NCBI GenBank assembly: GCA_951406725.2
Contig: OX597832.1
Span: 33,046,001-33,110,000, forward strand
DNA length: 64,000 nucleotides
Direction of reading: 5' to 3'
Source: Octopus vulgaris
Taxonomy: Eukaryota
Every line of letters begins with the position of its first letter. Positions within the stretch are counted from its first letter, which is position 1. A program made the translations under genes and the position numbers. A model generated the notes under the pieces. The model saw only the letters and a list, made by a program, of their open reading frames with translations. It had not been told where the DNA came from and searched no databases. This document shows, in pieces, positions 58,395 through 64,000 of this stretch.

Positions 58395-59274
58395 CAAGAA
58401 GAAAAACATGTAACTGTCGCATCTCGGACTCATGCCCACTTGTTGCATCGTGCCTGCGCAGAAATGTAGTTTATAAGTGCTGTGTAAATTTACTTGCCTA
58501 ACATAAGGTAAGGATTTACATAGGAAGTAATATTGATTGTGACAGTCACTATAGGGCTCATTTGAATTATTTTTACTAACTTAAAATATAAATTCACAAA
58601 AACACTAGTCAGATATATTGATTAACTTAAGCTAAAAAATATACAATACTTATTCGCTTAAAGGCGGTAAACTAGCAGAAACGTTAGCACGCCAGGCGAA
58701 ATGTTTAGCGGTATTTCGTCTGCCGTTACGTTCTGAGTTCAAATTTCGTCGAGGTCGACTTTGCCTTTCATCCTTTCGGGGTCGATAAATTAAGTACCAT
58801 TTACGCACTGGTGTCGATATAATCGACTTAATCCATCTGTCTGTCCTTGTTTGTCTCCTCTGTGTTTAGCCCCTTGTGGGTAGTAAAGAAATAAGTATAT
58901 CGTCTGTCTTTAATTTCTGAGTTCAAATTCCGGCGAGCTCGAATTTGTCTTTCATCCTTTGCCTTTCATCCTTTTGGGGTCAATAAATTAAGTATCAGTT
59001 AAACACTGCAGTCGATCTAAGAGACAGGCCCCCTTTCCCCAAATTTCCTGCCTTATGTCTATAGTAGAAAAGAATACTTATTGGCTTGGTTTATAATAGC
59101 AGAAGCCCCTCCGTATAATACAATTACGCGTGTATGCAAAAAACTATGTATTAAAGAATATATGAAAATTCTCCGTCGATATAACTCAATATTATTGAAT
59201 AAGTTCTCCGATGCTATGTACCTTGGTAGCCATAGATACTGTTTAAGATTTAAGCATTTTGATCAATCTGGATA
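58395..59274 (+). pseudogene. PLE-type GIY-YIG endonuclease remnant with Cys-rich N-terminus, split by a SINE
   Basis: KTCNCRISDSCPLVASCLRRNVVYKCCV...RIYIGS...LKLKNIQY[SINE]LLAWFIIAEAPPYNTITRVCKKLCIKE...LLNKFSD...SHR. Confidence 0.8.
58660..59072 (+). mobile_element. Dimeric SINE family A with 15-bp target-site duplication
   Basis: Two tandem ttctgagttcaaatt...tttcatcctt...ataaattaagta units, flanked by aatacttattcgctt (58645-58659) and aatacttattggctt (59073-59087). Confidence 0.9.
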
Positions 59275-59511
59275 GACTGATCATTAAACTCTATAATTAG
59301 CTACATGCTACCTTTCATTTATACTTGAAATCCCCTCACATTTCTCTTAATAAATAATTACTTGCTTATAATCTACAATATTTTCTAAATTCACTTCCCA
59401 CAATTCTTGCTATAATATTTCCTCTTCCTGCTAACACCTATACGTCCTTATTGAACCAAACACCCATTGACTTATTATGACAGTATATGAGATATGAATC
59501 CTTAGCTAATA

Positions 59512-59603
59512 AATTCTCGCTGATGAAGGAGATAGTCTCTAAAATTCGTATAGGAATATCCTTATCTGTATGGATTACTTATCCTTGAAACGACCGTCGG
59601 ATT
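59512..59603 (+). ncRNA. Minimal hammerhead ribozyme motif in the pLTR region
   Basis: CTGATGA(59520-59526)-aggag...atcctt-GAAA(59587-59590)-cgacc-GTC. The core is intact; stems I and II are imperfect. Confidence 0.5.
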
Positions 59604-60126
59604 ATCACCACTTAATTCTTGAAATTGGTGTACTACCCTCTAATCACTGGAAACTTTACCTTCCATCTGGATGCTTAAATATTTCTTGATTCACCTTTAG
59701 GCGAAGATTTACACTTTTATCTTATAATATATATTATAATTCTCTTTAAAAATGCTCTTAATCTGCAAGACGATGTTTTCAATATATATCTTTCAAGATG
59801 CTGATATATTTTTATACATCGGTATAGTTTTTCTACCCATATTTGTCTATTAAACTTTCATATATTCATGTAACTGTAAATTTTAGATATTTTAGTATTT
59901 TAAAGAGTGATACATTAAATATATTTAATAATTTGTATACGCCGGTTTTATAGCTGAGTATATGTTGTATTATTATTTTAAATTGTTGAAACTATCTGAA
60001 TTATCCTTTTAAAAATAACTTATACATATATATATATATATATATAGCCTCTCAGGTTGTCTACCTCAGCACTCCACACCGCTGTCTATATAATAAAAAA
60101 TATAACTATACACGCTATTACTATAT

Positions 60127-60213
<87 letters not shown>

Positions 60214-60229
60214 CTTATATCTATACACA

Positions 60230-60256
<27 letters not shown>

Positions 60257-60260
<4 letters not shown>

Positions 60261-60490
60261 TTGTGAAGCATGACTGCCAACACTACTACATGAACCCGAA
60301 GATTGCAGAATTCAATGCATGAAAGTACTAGTTCAATCAGAATGAATATTTAACATTCTACTATTTCATTTTATTTTATTCAATTATAATATATTATCTT
60401 ATAATATATCATTATAAGATTGTAAATAAAACGTGAAAATCAGACAAGGTTGGAATTCTTTTTATTAATATATTCTTCTATACACAATCA
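60257..60490 (+). mobile_element. Solo pLTR-like element between TA tracts, same family as 2640-2912
   Basis: Shares the gcatgaaagtacta motif and the aaaacgtgaaaatcagac...ttggaatt...attaatatatt.ttctatac tail. Confidence 0.65.
60291..60335 (+). ncRNA. Minimal hammerhead motif (U4 substituted by C)
   Basis: tgaac-CCGAAGA-ttgca gaattcaa tgcat-GAAA-gtac-TA-gttca. Stem I is a perfect 5 bp and stem III is palindromic (AGTACT). Confidence 0.6.
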
Positions 60491-60497
60491 CACACAC

Positions 60498-60532
<35 letters not shown>

Positions 60533-62756
60533 TATGTGTAAGGGTGTGTGTGCATGCGTATGCGTGTATGTGTGTATGTGTGAGTGTGTATGTGTGTATG
60601 TGTGGGTGTGTCTGCGTGTGCGTGTGTGTTCTGATACGAGGAAACCGATATACAATATGTCAGTTGCAGCGTTATGTTAGTAAATTACATGGGTTTAATG
60701 ACTTAATCAGAAAGAAGACCAGCGTAAATTACAATAATGAAGCCGTCTATGACTTCATTGAAAATGGCATATTCTCATTACGGCTTACTTGTCCTTATGT
60801 GGTGAAGTCCTGAGACGTCTACCTCAACCAGTAATGAACAAGAACCGTCTAAGAAATGAGCCGAAGGTAGAAGACAAAGTCCTTTGTTCCATGCATTTCG
60901 ATCGAACTCTGAACCACGTGGTTGCTTGTAAAGACAACTTCTTAATCACGCATCCATGCCGACGGCTATTAAACGGGAAGTCAATCTAATCAGGTCTTAC
61001 TCGTCGAACTCTTCTATATTTGGAAGACCTCGTCTATATTAAATTTGTACGTTTGATGTAATAACTTTGGCTTTAGGTATTCCTGCGCGTGCGTTTCTAA
61101 TGCCAACTTGTTGCGCTGGGTATACACGTTTCTATGGCGACCGCTGTTGAACGAGTATGTTTTTGGACGACGGCTGTTTATTGTTGCGCGTGTTACATGA
61201 GCAATAAACACACTTCGATGCAACGGATCAGTTTGGGTCGATTTCGTACAATGTTTCTATAACACTGCAATGACATTCTTTCCATCAACTATTTTAGTAT
61301 TCCTCAAACATACAGTTGTGTTGGCTCACATAGCATAATGGCAAAATGTGTTCTACAATGCTAGAATTAACACGATACAACCAAAGTTTATGATAAGAGG
61401 GAGTTCTACACACACACACGCACGCACAAATACAGACACAGGCACACTGGCTGGCATAGGCACACACAGAGGCACCAGTGTAAATGAATTAATCGGCTAA
61501 CGCCACATTTTTCGATAAAAGAATATCAGGTTTTCTTTATTAGCTTCTGTAAAGTTAATAATAACGTGCGACTCTTTGTAAATTGGAGGAGAATGTTTAA
61601 CAATGTAAATTTTGCTTTGACGTGATATATTTGAGTGGCTAATTTTGTAACACTGCGTCGTTGTTGATTGGCAATAAAAAATAAACACACAGAAATCTGT
61701 CAGATGATAAATTCTTTGTTAAAAACCGAAAACCAAAGCAAAAGTCACATAAAATAATTTCCATTACCAAGTTAATCAAATTTCGATCGGCCATTCTTGT
61801 TTACAGTACTATCAGTTATTTTGTGACTTTAGAATAATATTTTGCTCTAAACAAGTGAAGTATTTGGTTAGCATTGTCACCATAATAAGTTACTGGGTAT
61901 CATCAAAACACGGTTTTGTATAGGAAAGCCTTGTAATGCTGTGGTTGTTCGTCGACTTTTTACTGGTCAAAGTCAAGCAGTGAACTCATCGATGAAACAT
62001 TTATAAATTTGTGTAGCAACAATTTAAATGCTACTATGAATGAAACAGATCAACGAGGCGGTTTCTACCTGAAGGAATCAACTCAGACAAAATAGCTACA
62101 AATTCCGCATCAAATCAAATCTGTTGGGGTCAGAAAGAAAGGAAATACCCATTGTATAACGTGTTCATATTTAGCGTCAGCTTGCAAAATGGTCACTGCG
62201 AAGTCTCATAATATAGCTGTTCGGTTAGTGGGGAGTTGGGAATAAGCAGAGATTAAAAGTAACAATGAGACAAGTCGTATATCCTCTTCGCTTCTGATTT
62301 ACAGAGTTTGGGATTTTGATTATTATGATTCGCTTCATAAAAGAACCCAATGTTCCGGTTTATGACAAGATATGAAATCGAAAGCCGATTCAGTTTCTGA
62401 TCACCCCATTATGGATCGGAAATCAGATTCTCATAATGTCATAAAGTGTTGGAATATTGTAAAACAATGGAAATTTTACAAGCTTCCACTTCTAAATTCG
62501 AAGACTCCTCCCGATTAACAGATTACAAAAACAAAACAATCTCACTTCATTGGCCACGCTCAGATCTGCACAGCTACTTTTTTCCCCCGTGTGTGTGTAA
62601 AACTATATACATACATACATAGACACACACACAAACACATACACACACACACACACACATACACACACACACCCACATATATATATATAAACATATATAT
62701 ATATATATGTATACACGCACATATATAAATATTTATATGCAAATATATATATCAAC

Positions 62757-62876
62757 CTGGGTCGATAAATTAAGTACCAGTTACGCACTGGGGTCGATAT
62801 AATCGACTTAATACGTTTTTATGTCCTTGTTTGTCCTCTCTGTGTTTAGCCTCTTGTGGGTAGTAAAGAAATAGGT
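62757..62876 (+). mobile_element. SINE family A, 3' half
   Basis: gggtcgataaattaagtaccagttacgcactggggtcgatataatcgactta...gtgggtagtaaagaaatagg matches 58778-58895. Confidence 0.9.
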
Positions 62877-63853
62877 ACGCGACTCTGTACCGAGCCACTG
62901 GCACTTTACTTCTGCATGCAGGTTTTTCCGTTAATCGGATCAACTAAATCTTCGTCTTCGTAACAGAGGGAGTGCCAGATGTCATATCATAGAGTAGAGT
63001 TTTAATTTTTAAATCAAGAGATCACTGCATAAATGACATAGGCTCCTTTAAATTCCGATACGTGGATTAAGGCTTGTTCATGATGTCTTTTATTTTGTCT
63101 TTTGATTGCATCGTTGAAAGTGTTCCACTGGCGTGACTTGCGACCCTGGATAATTATCACGTATTCGTGGAGCCAGTTTCATTAGGAGAAATCTCTCCGG
63201 CAATTCATTAAATTTTCCCACTATGATTGCATGTCATATTTGATTACATAATTCTGTCGAATAATTGGTGTAATGATTAATAACAAGAAAAAATACGATA
63301 TTAGGGAAACGTTCCGAAATTCTAAACCTATCATGAAATTATAACACCATTGGAGATCAATAAAAATAGAGACATAATTTCTCTCTATGTTATCATTTAT
63401 GCAATCGATGTGGAATATTGAATGGAGGGAAAGAAATTAACATTTGTGTATCACGTATCAGTGAACACGTGCCTTTTGCATTTATTGTTTCGACAGAACA
63501 CCTGCTTTACCAAAATTACACCCAAGGAAAAATCCAATATGGTAAAAGGAAAAAGAATAACACTGAATATAATTAATTTGTAATAAAGGTGAAAATCGCT
63601 GAAGGAATAATATTGCGCTTTCGTAAAAGTGAATGATTTATCGCACGTGTTGCTGTAAGTTTGGGGTTAGATATAATGGCGATACCTTTCTAGAAAATTG
63701 GCTCATTTCTATGATATAATTTTTAATGCTTATACGAAGCAGTGCGAGAAGCAACCCTAATAATTACAAGGCTTCCATAAGTGGTGTGTGGGGAGGGGAA
63801 AAGCATGGTAAGTATGATCAGAATCTGCATTATATACACATACATGCATACAT

Positions 63854-63916
<63 letters not shown>

Positions 63917-63934
63917 TAAATATATATTTATATA

Positions 63935-63976
<42 letters not shown>

Positions 63977-64000
63977 CATGCATACATACATACACGCGCA

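Larger units (their letters stand above)
57962..60019 (+). mobile_element. RT-less PLE derivative: ~350-bp inverted termini enclosing a GIY-YIG remnant and a hammerhead
   Basis: 57962-58313 is the diverged reverse complement of 59673-60019. 58314-58345 is a direct repeat of 59661-59692. (TA)n flanks both ends. Confidence 0.85.

Overview
AT-rich animal genomic DNA saturated with microsatellites ((TA)n, (CA)n, (AAT)n, (GATA)n, (TAG)n). The SINE families and repeat landscape look like an octopus (coleoid cephalopod) genome; this is inferred from pattern recognition, not from a search. Almost all ORFs in the track are microsatellite translations. The recognisable content is decayed mobile DNA: a Tc1-superfamily DD37E (TRT-type) transposase pseudogene (~11.1-11.9 kb); four same-strand R4/Dong-type RLE LINE fragments in (AAT)n tracts (18.6-21.8 kb); two Penelope-like (PLE) RT-GIY-YIG relics (31.9-33.0 kb +, 55.9-57.6 kb -); an RT-less GIY-YIG element bounded by ~350-bp inverted repeats (57962-60019); CR1-like and RTE-like fragments; many tRNA-type SINEs; and a 1.38-kb tandem duplication. 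The most notable signals are (i) six minimal type-I hammerhead ribozyme motifs with palindromic or near-palindromic stem III, in small (TA)n-anchored elements of about five sequence families, and (ii) a hand-assembled, phase-consistent four-exon candidate gene on the minus strand (14080->1198, 92 aa) that the ORF track misses. The gene is unverified. Ends of old repeats are approximate.
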